Assembly: GCA_951406725.2 (NCBI GenBank)
Contig: OX597816.1
Span: 120,032,001 to 120,096,000, forward strand
Length of the DNA stretch: 64,000 nucleotides
Source of the DNA: Octopus vulgaris
Taxonomy: Eukaryota
Direction: 5' to 3'
The notes beneath the pieces are model-generated. The model had not been told where the DNA came from, made no database searches, and saw only the letters and a program-made list of their open reading frames with translations. Every line of letters starts with the position of its first letter. The stretch's first letter is position 1. This document shows, piece after piece, positions 38,230 through 50,397 of this stretch. Both the position numbers and the translations under genes were made by a program.

Positions 38230-38812
38230 TCAGTGGCCTATGCCAGGGGTGTAACCAGCCCACTTATGCGTACCTTTCCTTCATTGGACACTAAATTCTG
38301 CTTGCGAAGACCTGTTGAGGTAAGTGAAATCGAAATCAAATCAAATTCACAAATTCGATGACTGACACCCGTGCCAGTGGAGTGCTAAGAGCACCATCCA
38401 AGCGTGATCGCTGCTAGAGCAGCTGACTGGCTTCCATGCCAGTGGCATGTAAAAAAGCACCATTCAAATGTAATCATTACCAATGTCACCTCACTGGCAG
38501 TTGTGCTGGTGGCACGTGAAAAACATCTGAGCGAGGTCCTTGCCAGTGCCGCTGGACTGGCTCCTGTGCAGGTGGCATGTAAAAAACACCACTTGAGCGT
38601 GGCTGTTGCCAGTACCGTCTGACTGGTCCTCGTGCCGGTGGCACGTAAAAGCACCCACTCTCAGAGTGGTCAGCGTTAGGAAGGGTATCCAGTTGTAGCA
38701 ACTGCCAGATCAGATTGGAGCCTGGTGCAGCCATCTGGTTCGCCAGTCCTCAGTCAAATCGTCCAACCCATGCTAGCATGGAAAGCAGATGTTAAACGAT
38801 GATGATGATGAT
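38230..38812 (+). mobile_element. RTE-tail retroposon with tandem ~65-bp units
   Basis: Same family as 28995-29745. Confidence 0.75.
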
Positions 38813-39054
38813 ATATTATAATATTAATAAATTTCAGGGTAGTAAAAAATTATTTAGAAATTTTTTACTACCAGTGGCCCAGTGTGTAGAAAAAACTAGT
38901 CAATAGACTATATATTATTCATATAAATACAGTGTACATTTAAACACATAAGAGATGGTCATAATAGGACATCTAACCCACTAGAAGGAGTAGTTAAAAT
39001 CTGTTGTATTATGGCCATCTCTTATGTGTTTGAATGTACATTGTATTTATATAT

Positions 39055-39087
<33 letters not shown>

Positions 39088-39641
39088 CAGACAAATAAGA
39101 GCAGAATGTCCAATACATGTTTGAATGTAAGTCTTGTTTCATATTTAAACCAAAACTTTGTTTCACGAGTTCAGTTTCATCTGTATATTGTGTATAATCG
39201 CCCATTCAAGCCATGATAGTGTGGGGACAATAAATGCGATACAGGAATAAGTTATGTGGTAATGATGCTGGTGATGATGATAAGATATAATCATACTTTG
39301 TAGTACCTATAAATGAAAATGAAAAGCTATATTGCTAAATTATCGGTGAACTTTTATCTAGCGGAAGAAATTTTTTTTCCTGCAAGTTCAGTGCCATGTG
39401 AGAAAGGGAAAAAAAATCTGTTTCTGCTGAGATAAAAAGACTTAATTTTGTATTTATTTTTTTGTGGGAGTTAGACTCTGGTTAGTTCTGGTCAAAGGCT
39501 GTGATATGGAAATCATTGATTGAATGTTTAGAAATGACTCATGTAATATGTCATATAAAGTAGGTTTTATTGTTCTATTAACAACATATATCCTCTGTCT
39601 GTCTCCTCTCTCTTTCTCTGTCAATCTATCTACCTACCTAC

Positions 39642-39681
<40 letters not shown>

Positions 39682-39685
39682 ACAG

Positions 39686-40150
39686 TGTGACTGTGTGGTA
39701 AGAAGTTTGCTTCCCAACCACATGGTTCCAGGTTCAGTCCTACTGCATGGCACCTTGGGCAAGTGTCTTTGACTATAGCCTTGGGGCAACTGAAGCCTTG
39801 CTAGTGCATTTGATAGATGGAAACTGAAAGGAACCTAATGCAAATATATATGTATATATATATATATATATATATAAATAGAAAGAGAGAGAGGTAGGTA
39901 GATATATAGATATATATTTATATATTTTCATGCGTATGTCTTTGTGTGGGTATTTGTACCCCACCACCACATGACAACTGGTGTTGGTGTGTTTATGTCC
40001 CCCAAACTTAGCAGTTTGGCAGGAGTGGCTGATAGAATAAGTACCAGACTCAAAACAAATAAGTACTGGGGTCAGTTCATTCAACTAAATATTCTTCAAG
40101 GTAGTGCCCCAGCATGGTTGCAATCTAATGACTGAAACGAATAAAAGATA
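39686..40150 (+). mobile_element. SINE family B
   Basis: Same head and body as 8672-9360. Confidence 0.7.
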
Positions 40151-41124
40151 AAAGATATATAATATAATATAACAAAATATAATATAATACAATACATATG
40201 TACATATGTGTGCATATGCATCCATGCATGCATGTCTATCTATCGAGCGATTGATCAATTGATAAAAGAAGTCCAAGTGAGACCCATTAAAATTTGAACT
40301 TATAATCACTGAATCTTGGATACTATTATAGTTTTTTTTTCTGAAGTTCTCCATTTTAGTTCCTGATAAACCACTGAGTTGTCACTATGTCTAAAGAAAT
40401 ACTGTTGCACTGTCTTGGAATAACATTTTATTCATTATTATTTTATTTTGCAATAATTTTAATATCATGCAATGCTATGTAAATGTAATCAAACATTTCT
40501 TTTAAAATTACAGGCTTTTAACCTTTCTTTGTGAGTGGTATACATTTTAGTCTAGATTTAATAGGAAGTACAAGATTCTACAACATTAGAATTCATTAAT
40601 TATATATTAGATACCTTTAATTAAATACTATTACCAGCGTTAGTGAAGCTTCTACAACTAGCTAACCAATTAACTTACGTTTCACAAGAACTATGTAGTT
40701 CATGATAAAACAGCCTGACAATAAAACAAGTAACAATTACGTTTCAGGTTTCCAATAAAACCCAAAATATAAATTACAAATAACAGAGTGTTCCAATTAT
40801 AGGGATTAATAGACAGAAATATGTGTAACAACATTAGTAACATCAAAGAAATTACATATACCTAATTTAGGAAATTTAATACAAAACACCATGCACAAAA
40901 TTGCTCAAGCATAAACAAAAGGTGAAAAGGTAAAATATATTACTGATTTTTAGGTTCAAAAAGTAGAAGCTGCATTCTAAATCAAAAGTGAGCTGAAGAA
41001 ATTGATTAAAGTCTCATTTCAAAACATATTTGCACATGTGTGTATGTGCATAAAAAAATAAACTAGAAATAAAATGTCTTAAGTTAAATAGTCTTTTGAT
41101 AAATAAAAAATAAAGTAAATATAA

Positions 41125-41625
41125 ATGACCAAGATCTTTGGAGATATACTGTGCTTGAGAAAACCTGGCAAGCCAAATGAGATATAACTGTGGGCGATGC
41201 CAGTAGTGCATAACTGGCCCATTTAAAAGTACCCTTCAATTGTTGGGTAATATGCTGTGCTTGAGAAGACCAAGTGAGTCGAGTGAAATCATTGTTATGG
41301 CTGATGCCAATGCCACCTGACTAGCACCTGTACTGGTGGCACATAAAAAGTACCATTCAAGTTTGGCCAATGTCAGTGCCAGTGACATGTAAAAAGCACC
41401 ATTCGAGCATGTTTGATGCCAGTGCCACCTGACTGGTTCCCATGCCAGTGGTACGTAAAAAGCACCTGCTACACTCTTGGAGTGGTTGGCATTAGGAAGG
41501 GCATCCAGCAGTAGAAACCATGCCAGATCAGACTGGAGCCTGGTGCAGCCTCCTAGCTTGCCAGTTCTCAGTCAAACTGTCCAACCCATGCCAGCATGGA
41601 AAGTTGATGCTAAATGATGATGATA
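41125..41625 (+). mobile_element. RTE 3' end/tail copy
   Basis: gatctttggagatatactgtgcttgag...ttggcattaggaagggcatccagc...tgatgatg. Confidence 0.7.
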
Positions 41626-42794
41626 TACATATGTATCAACTGCATTCAGCCCTTCATACAACAATTGACATTTTAGTGTTTCAGTAATTTGAAGTTAATT
41701 TTTGAAGATATAAAATGAAACTCAAAAGTATGTTTCACTTAGCCCATGTGCTTGAACTCAGACAAGCTGAGCAACTGATTATGCCATATGCTTTTCCTAG
41801 AGATACAGTGGAAGCATAGCATAGAACAGATTCAACTCACTTTCAGGTGCCTCAAATCATGCAACGTGTTAAAGAAAGATAAATATTTTGTACAAATCCA
41901 AAAGAATATACCAGTGAATTGGGAAATCAATAAATGCAGTAACCGTCTCACCAGAATGAACTGGGGTTATACCATCTTCTGTCAAACATTCTCGACTCAG
42001 TCATCTCTCTTCCTCTCATTACTTTTGGTGTCTTCACCCCACCATCCTCTCACTAATTACTATGAGCAGTCCTTCCTTCCTTGATTATCAGCCCGTTGAA
42101 ATTTTCTCTTTGGCCCTATCTTTTGGGCAGATGTTGACTTGCAAACGCTCAAAAGGAGCATTAACAACTTCAATATCCCCAGTCTTGGAAGACTTGCAAA
42201 ACCATGAGCATTGTACCCTCTTTAACAAAAATCTGAAAATAATCCACATTCACTTTGACAATGCATAACCACACACATCTTTAGCAACAAATCAGGCAAT
42301 CAGTAAATTGACTGGTTACTGAACACCCATCCACCATACAGCCCAGATCAAATGCTTTCTGACTTCTACCTCTTCAATCCATTTGAGGCCAGTCTTCAGG
42401 GACAATTTGATGACAACAATGAGAGGAATTACTTTGTAAGATTAAGTTTGGCTTTATGTTAAAACACTCTTGTTATTGAATCTAATGAAGTTGAGATTGC
42501 ATAATGAATGCATAGGGACCTTGACAGGGATAGATACTTTGGCTTGGCTATTAGCTGGCTAATGTAAAATTTTATACTGGGAGGTGAAGAAACAAGGGAA
42601 TGAAATAATGCAGATTTTACGTTTTTTAAAGAAAATTTTTTTTTTACTTGCGATAGAGTTGACACTGAGAAGTAATTTTTTTAGGGGAAAAGTTACTCTA
42701 TTAGGAGGCGCAATTTGAATAACCTATGTCAATAATGAAAAATGTTGAGATGTACCTCCTTACAACAATATAAACTTCATTTAATCAAGATACC

Positions 42795-42886
42795 CCTGGA
42801 CTGAAGAGTAGCCTGTGGTATACACCTCGCTTGGATATTTACCACTTCCAAGGTTCCGCTTGCTATGAAACATATGTAGCTCAGAT
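42795..42886 (+). ncRNA. Hammerhead-like motif with extended helix II (helix I degenerate)
   Basis: CTGAAGA GTAGC...GCTAT GAAAC ATAT GTA; palindromic ACATATGT. Confidence 0.45.
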
Positions 42887-42914
42887 ATTATCTACTCTAT
42901 TCCTTAACTCTTGT

Positions 42915-43320
42915 ATCATCATCATCATCATTATCATTTAACGTCTGCCTTCCATGCTGGCATGGGTTGGACAGTTTGACTGAGGTCTGGCAAGCCAGTG
43001 GGCTGCACCAGGCTCCAATCTGATCTGGCAATCTTTCTACAGCTGGATGCTCTTCCTAATGCCAACCACTCCAAGACTGTAGTGGGTGCTTTTTACGTGC
43101 CACCAGCACGGAAGCCAGTCAGGGGTCACTGTCATCAACCACGTTTGGATGGTGTTATTTACGTGCCACCAGCACAGGAGCCAGTCAGGGGGCACTGGCC
43201 ATGGTTATGATCTCTATTTCAATTTTACTGGACTCAACATGTCTTCTCAAGCATATCATATTACCTGACGCTTCAAGTGTACTTTTAAATGGGCCGGTCA
43301 TGCAATACTACCATCAGCCT
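42915..43320 (-). mobile_element. RTE-tail copy
   Basis: Reverse complement of the shared tail, with (CAT)n at 42915-42935. Confidence 0.7.
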
Positions 43321-43352
43321 TTTTTCTTTTTTTTTCATAGCGTTTTTCTGAT

Positions 43353-43424
43353 GGCCAGATAACTGAAGAGATGGCGGCGTGAATTTCCACCTCGGCATCC
43401 GAAACTCGGAGTTTTATCTTGGCT
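43353..43424 (+). ncRNA. Type I hammerhead ribozyme-like motif
   Basis: ggccagataa CTGAAGA GATG...CATCc GAAAC TC-g-GA GTT ttatc-t-tggct; helix I about 10 bp. Confidence 0.65.
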
Positions 43425-43513
43425 ACTGAACAATTGTCACATATTACATTTACAGATAATTTCCTCTATTTACATAATATCAAGGTCTCTTTCTTTCTTT
43501 TGTTATCTTAATG

Positions 43514-43569
<56 letters not shown>

Positions 43570-43914
43570 TACATGCACACACACATATAAGGGTAGAAGG
43601 GCTTGTAACTAAAGGTGTGATCTTGTGAAGCACATAGGTACATTCCAGTAATGAAATGTGTGTATGCAGATGCTTTATATTAAATGAGGCATACATACTA
43701 GTTTAAAGTTCTGGTGAATCTTATTTACTGAGCAAGTATATATGAAAAACGAAGACTGGAAAATTTGTTATGTTTTAAATTCTACATTAGTATATTTCAT
43801 TACAGTATACGAAATACATTATGAATATAAATATTAATATTATTAAAAATCTTATAAATATAAGTTTAAAATGTGTACATACTTCCTCAGTCAAAGATTC
43901 GAAAATAATATGTA

Positions 43915-44551
43915 CTAGCAGTATCGCCCGGCGTTGCTCGGGTTTGTAAGGGAAATAACTATATAAGCATTTTTAGAGAGTTATAGCCAAAAAATAGCAA
44001 AAAATGCATTAAAAATGGAAAAAATATGATGGTAAATTTTTTTAAAAATCGTTGACTCATCGTAGACATTTTTAGAGAGTTACTTCCCTTATATAATAGC
44101 GAAAAAATGCATTAAAATGGAAAAAAAACGATGGTAAATTTTTTTTTAAATCGTAGACTCATGTAGACGCTTTCTTAGCCATTTCTGTTTTGGTGTCTTC
44201 AAGCCATGAAGTCGTTGTTCTAAAAGAACACTGGTCTCCTTGACAACGCATTACGACGTTGATTTCCTTACACTCCCTTCCCCACAGGTGCAGGTGTGAG
44301 CGTGGACGCCAACTCCGCCGCCATCGACACACGAAAAATTATGCATTAAAATGGAATAAAAAATGATGTTAAATTATTTTTAAAATCGTAGACTCATCGT
44401 AGACGCGCGCTAATATTCAGACGGGCTCGATATGAATCACGACTATAAGCTACCCGAATTTGGTTAAACTGTACCGCAAAATGTGGGAGTAGTTAGGAAT
44501 CTAAATCGAAGGGGACAGACACTCACACAACTACAGTTTTATATATATAGA
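43915..44551 (-). mobile_element. Non-autonomous Helitron
   Basis: On the minus strand: 5' TC, 3' CTAG, subterminal GC hairpin cccgagcaacgccggg, inserted between A and T with no target-site duplication. Confidence 0.85.
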
Positions 44552-44559
44552 TATACATA

Positions 44560-44925
44560 GCGCAGTAGTGGTGAGATATGACAGCAAAGAAAAGCATACA
44601 TTCACTCTCTGCATGCAATTAGACTCGGAAAGTTCGTGAGGAACCCATTGACCCAATTTGCTGACTTTTCCGATAGCACACAGGTGTCAATGAATGGTTG
44701 AATGACCAAATCCAAGCTTCTCTGCTAGTTCCTCAACAGTTACGATGATATTTTGTTCCACCAGGGTTTTCAGGATGTCCTTGTCGAGTTCTACAGATCT
44801 TTCAGGATGAGGCTCGTCTTCTAGGCTGTAGTTTATGGCTCGGGATTTCTGGAACCACCATTGACACTGCCTTACGCTTATTGTCCAATCCCCTTATACT
44901 GCATTAATATTTCTTGTACTTTGCA
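44560..44925 (-). mobile_element. Mariner transposase N-terminal remnant
   Basis: Minus translation ...CQWWFQKSRAINYSLEDEPHPERS...EELAEKLGFGHSTIH*HLCAIGKVSKLGQWVPHELS contains the mariner WVPHEL motif, with stops. Confidence 0.85.
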
Positions 44926-45223
44926 CACATTTATATTCTGTTATTCTTTTATATGTTTCAGCCTTGAGGTTGTGGCCATGCTGGATCATGTGTGTGTGTG
45001 TGTGTGTGTGTCTATCTGTCTGTCTGTCTGTATGTATATATGTATATGTATGTGTGTGAACAATAATATTTTCAACAGATGCGTTGCAAATGTATCTGAT
45101 TGTTCTCAAGCTTCAATACTGTGTGTGTGTGTATGTGTGTGTGTGTATGTATGTATGTATATGTATGTATGTATGTATATGTATGTATGTATGTATGTGT
45201 GTGTGTATGTATGTGTGTGTGTA

Positions 45224-45258
<35 letters not shown>

Positions 45259-45309
45259 ATGTATGTATGTATGTATGTATGTATGAGTGTATGTTTACTT
45301 TATTACTAA

Positions 45310-45710
45310 TTACTCTCTTCCAAGAACATTTTCACTCACTCTTAGCTCTTAGCTTCCCATACATTTTACTCATGTATCTATCATCGTCATAGACAGAATA
45401 CTTTCACTTTAGTCTTCCTCAAATCACTCTGTCCGCTATTTACTTTCATTTTATTCGTTGCCCACTGTGTGTGTGCGTTTGCGTGTGGTGTAAACCAGAC
45501 TAAGAAAAGCATTTGACACACACACCAGAATGTGAGTTTTCTGTAAATTTTGCTTAATTGGAGTTTAAATTTTAAAAACTGGACCTGGCATGACGCGATG
45601 CATTGTACTCTTAAAAATGCCAGGTAAATTGTAATTGAAGAAATCCTATATTGTAGATTTGTATAACTCCCAAAGGGAGGCAGATAAAATCTGCCTTTTA
45701 TAATAAGAGA
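45310..45710 (-). mobile_element. Helitron/Helentron-like 5' segment (copy 1)
   Basis: Begins TCTCTTATTATAAAAGGCAGATTTTATCTGCCT (subterminal hairpin) on minus; inverted homolog at 46234. Confidence 0.5.
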
Positions 45711-46233
45711 TTATTTTACTTAAATTTATTATATTATTATCGTTTATAAGATGGTGAGCTGGCAGAATCATTAGCATGCTGGGCAAAATGCTTAGTGGCA
45801 CTTTGTTCTTATATACTGAGTTCAAATGCAGCTGAGGTCGACTTTGCCCTTCAGAGACTATAAAATAAATATTAGTTGAACTCTGGGGTTGATGTAACCG
45901 ACTTGTCCCCTTCTCTGAAATCACTGGCCTTGTGCCAAAATTTGAAACTAATACTATTATTATATTCATTAGGTATTTCCTATACTGTAATAAAAGACTT
46001 GCAATATGAAATTAAATTAAAAATATATAGTCATGAAGGAGGTAACAAAGGACAACAGCAAGTGGTAAGCCATTGTGCTGGAGAAAAAAAGAAAGAAAAG
46101 AAAAAGAGTATGAACAAATTTATGAAGCAACCAATCCATACAAGTATAGAAAAGTGGACTTACACCTAAAATTATGACACACACAAATACATGTGTGTGT
46201 GTGTGTGTGTGTTTGTGTGTGTGCATATATATA

Positions 46234-46683
46234 TCTCTTATTATAAAAGGCAGATTTTATCTGCCTCCCTTTGTCACTTATAGAAATCTACAATATAGGA
46301 TTTCTTCAATTACAATTTACCTAGCATTTTTAAGAGTAGAATGCATCGGGTCATGCCAGGTCCAGTTTTTAAAATTTAAACTCCAATTAAGCAAAATTTA
46401 CAGAAAACTCACATTCTGGTGTGTATGTCAAATGCTTTTCTTAATGTGGTTTACACCACACGCACACGCACACACACAGTGTGCAACGAATAAAATGAAA
46501 GTAATTCACTGTGTGTGTGTTGACAGGTAGACAATAGAATGCGATGGCGATGGCGATGTAATATTTGTTTCTGTCTATCATGCTGATAGATACATGAGTA
46601 AAATGTATGGCAAGCTAAGAGATAAGAGTGAGTGAAAATGTTCTTGGAAGAGAGTAAATAGCGAGAGTGATTTGAGGAAGACT
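46234..46683 (+). mobile_element. Helitron/Helentron-like 5' segment (copy 2)
   Basis: Same 5' end on plus; homologous to 45310-45710. Confidence 0.5.
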
Positions 46684-46724
46684 TTACATTAAATAACCGT
46701 AGTGGCTTGTATATATATATATAT

Positions 46725-46997
46725 ATACATACATAAGACAGTAAGGTGTGATTTGGGGGAGATTTGGCTGCTATTTCTACCATGTCTAGCTGCCATGTAG
46801 GGGTCTCCCTCATAGGCTCATACATACATATATACATAGATAAGACAGTAAGGTGTGATTTGGGGGAAATTTGGCTGCTATTTCTACCAGGTCTAGCTAC
46901 CATGTAGAGGTCCCCCTCATTGGCTCATATATATATACATACATAAGACAGTAAGGTGTGATTTGAGGGAGATTTGGCTGCTGTTTCTACCAGGTCT
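46725..46997 (+). repeat. Tandem array, ~2.6 copies of a ~105-bp unit
   Basis: cataagacagtaaggtgtgatttggggga(g)atttggctgc repeated three times. Dispersed relatives near 11390 (+) and 16050, 17900 (-). Confidence 0.85.
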
Positions 46998-47368
46998 GTT
47001 AGGCCTTCTCATGTAAACTCAAGCTTTCTCATGCCTTGAACATAAGACCAAAGCAGAGAATGTATTCTTTTATTCTTCTGCTTTTTCCAGCCATTGGTCT
47101 GTGGCCATGCTGGGGCAATGCCTTGAAGAATTGTAGTTTAATGAATCAACTCCAGTTTTATTTTTGTAAGCATTGTACTTATTCTATCTGTTTCCTTTGT
47201 CAAACCACTAGGTGACAGGGATGTAAACAAACCAACATTCGTTGTCAAGCAGTGGTGGAGGACAATCACAAGCACAGACACGCACACACACACACACATA
47301 CATGCATACACATATACATATATACATACATACATACATACATATATATATATGTGTGTATATATATA

Positions 47369-47627
47369 TTGCAGCGTGGAAGGTGTTTGTAAGCCATTTA
47401 AGAAACACACAAAAACCGTTAGATTCACTTCAACATTTAAATTTAATTTGCCAAAATATTTTCCTCGCTTTGAGACCGCGACCTGTTCACTGACAAAAAT
47501 ATCGTGCTAACAGGTCGCGGTCTCAAAGCGACGAAAATATTTTGACAAATTAAATTTAAATGTTGAAGTGAATCTAATGGTTTTTGTGTGTTTCTTAAAT
47601 GGCTTATAAACACCTTCAACGCTGCAA
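47369..47627. repeat. Near-perfect fold-back, 119-bp arms and 21-nt loop
   Basis: 47369-47487 is the reverse complement of 47509-47627 with few mismatches. Confidence 0.95.
47447..47497 (-). ncRNA. Hammerhead-like motif with G3:C8-swapped core
   Basis: TTTGTCA GTGAACA g GTCGC-loop-GCGA(G) GAAA ATAT TT TGGCAAA. Confidence 0.5.
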
Positions 47628-47787
47628 CTGTTTTCGTTCCAGCACACGATCTCAGATCAAGTCACTTGCTATGCAAGTACATCTCTGTAACTATATATAT
47701 ATATTTATATATATATATATATATTGGTAAAAACAGTAAGATAACAAAAGAAAGAAAGAGACCTCAATATTATGTAAATAGAGGAAA

Positions 47788-48181
47788 TCTTTATATATAA
47801 AAGTGAGGTTGTGTGTCTGTCTCCTACGATTTAGATTCCTAACTACTCCCACATTTTGCGGTGCAGTTTAACCAAAACCGGGTATCTTATAGTTGTGATT
47901 CATATCGAGACCGTCTGGGTATTAGCGTGCGTCTACGATGAGTCTACGATTTAAAAAAAATTTACCATCAATTTTTCCCATTTTTAATCCATTTTTGACA
48001 TATATAAGGGAAGTAACTCTCTAAAATTTATTATTAAATCTCAGAACGTAAAAAGCTACAGTAACACCCTTCCCGCTTTGTGGTTAGCCATATTGAGATG
48101 GCTATTATACTTTACATCTCTAAAAATGCTTATATAATTATTTCCCTTACAAACCCGAGCAACGCCGGGCGATACTGCTAG
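47788..48181 (+). mobile_element. Non-autonomous Helitron, related to 43915-44551
   Basis: A|TC...cccgagcaacgccgggcgatactgCTAG|T. Confidence 0.85.
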
Positions 48182-50308
48182 TATATATATATATGCACAC
48201 ACATAGACACATACATAGATACATACATACACACACACATACACACATACATACATACATACATACATACATACATACATACATGTATGCATACATAAAG
48301 TGGGAATCAATTTTCATCTAAAGTGACAGTTGGACAATATTTGAAAAACTCAGATGTATGTTCTTTACACATATACCATAAATTCTTCCATAAGTTAGAT
48401 CACTCTGTGATATAGTATCTATCAACATTTCTGGAATCTGCATCATCTCATATCTGTGAATACCGACTGCTTAAACACTGATTTAATTACTTGCGCAAAA
48501 GTATTTTTTGTTCATTTCTAACTTTTGTGTCACACAGAAACTACTATATAGAAGCATTTTTTTACATCCTGATGTCTCTTCATATTTGCGTTGCAGGTTT
48601 CTATCAATAAAACCATCCTTCTTTTATTAGTCAAACCATTTTATATTATTTCTTTAGCTCACTTCCTGTTAACTTGTATCAAAGTTTTACATAACACATA
48701 CTTTGAATAGTCTTAACTTATTAACTTCCAGTCAAGCCAAATTCTCAGTGTTTGCTACTCTTATTTTACTGGCTGTCTGTATGTATCAGTGGGATGATAA
48801 AGAATCAGGATTATGATCTGATCTGAGTAATGTACCTCCTCATTAGACATGCAATAAATGCACACGCATAAACCAATGTTAGGTTGAAGATTGAGAGCAG
48901 TGAAACCAGTGATATTTCTGACCTATTTCTTCCTTAGTTGAGTTACAAAAAAGTTCATAGAAATGCACTTTTATGTAAATCTGTAAGCAAGATTTATTTT
49001 AACAGTTATAGAAAAATCATCTTCAATATAATTTTCATTAAATTACTTGTTCACTTTACTTATACAATAATTAAGTCAATGCTGCTTTTTTCATTCAAAA
49101 TTATTTTTCCCTTTGTTATAAACATATTAAGTGTTTATTATATTAGTATAATAAAATAAAAAAAACTAAAATACCCCAAACAACTAAATTCATTAAGTTT
49201 CAGTTTACCATAATATGAATGGAGACACCATTTATCATCATATTCTCTGATCATTAGATGTGGCAGTTAACTTCCTGATCAAATAACTTGAAGATGCAAT
49301 GATGTAAAAGTAAATGCATTAAGGTCCTTATTATAAGATATTTATCAGAATTATAAATATTTATTTCAATAAAAAACTTGACATTTCTCTTAAAAAATAA
49401 ATAAAAATAACAACCACATACAGCCTAACATTTAATTCTAAATCTGAACACTAAAATGTTTCTTTTATGCACAATAGTAAGATAACATTTACATAATTTG
49501 TGTAAAGATCATTAAGATATTCGGTTTTTCTCACCATAATTTGCATGACATTTTCTAACTAGATTCAGTATAGTAGTTTATAAATGATTGAATAGCTGGA
49601 AGTATATTTGAGGAAATCAGCATTTATTTCCAAGATCAGATTTAGTTAAAATACAAGTATAACCAGTAAAGATAATGTTGAGTCTAACTCCTGAGAGTTT
49701 AATGGTTAATACTCCATCACCATATTGAGTCATGATCATAGCCAAGAACATAACTTGCCCTGATCCAGTCCATCAAGCTTGTAAATAGGAACTAGGAACA
49801 GGAGCCGAGTAAAAGTGAAAGCATTCAACCAATTTTTACATAAAAAATGTTATTTGATACTGTTTATAAGTCAAATATGGTTGATTGATGCTAGTCTTTG
49901 AATTGTGAATAGTACTCTAATGTAGTATGTATGTTTGTTTTGGATAAAATCATTAACAAATCAGTGCTGAAGTAATTTTTTGCTACATAAAGGAAACCCA
50001 CATTTCATAAGGCAGTTCTTCAAAGGATGCTTAGTTCCTATTGAGAATTATCAGAGAGAATTGCAGAGAACATGATCATTTTTTGATGAATGATGTCTGT
50101 GATATGGATACAATGACATTTGTGTTTATGAAGTGTATAGTTTCTCCATATTGATGATGTTGAAAAAAAAACTCTAAAAATGTTATAAAGATTATTTTCT
50201 AAGCATAATTGTTCACTTATTCCTTTTATTTCAAACTTCTCTATTTCTTTAACTGAATTAATGAGATTTTTCAAGGATCATATCAACTACTTGAGAGAGA
50301 GAGGGGGG

Positions 50309-50312
<4 letters not shown>

Positions 50313-50393
<81 letters not shown>
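50313..50393. repeat. (GA)n microsatellite
   Basis: Direct reading. Confidence 0.95.
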
Positions 50394-50397
<4 letters not shown>

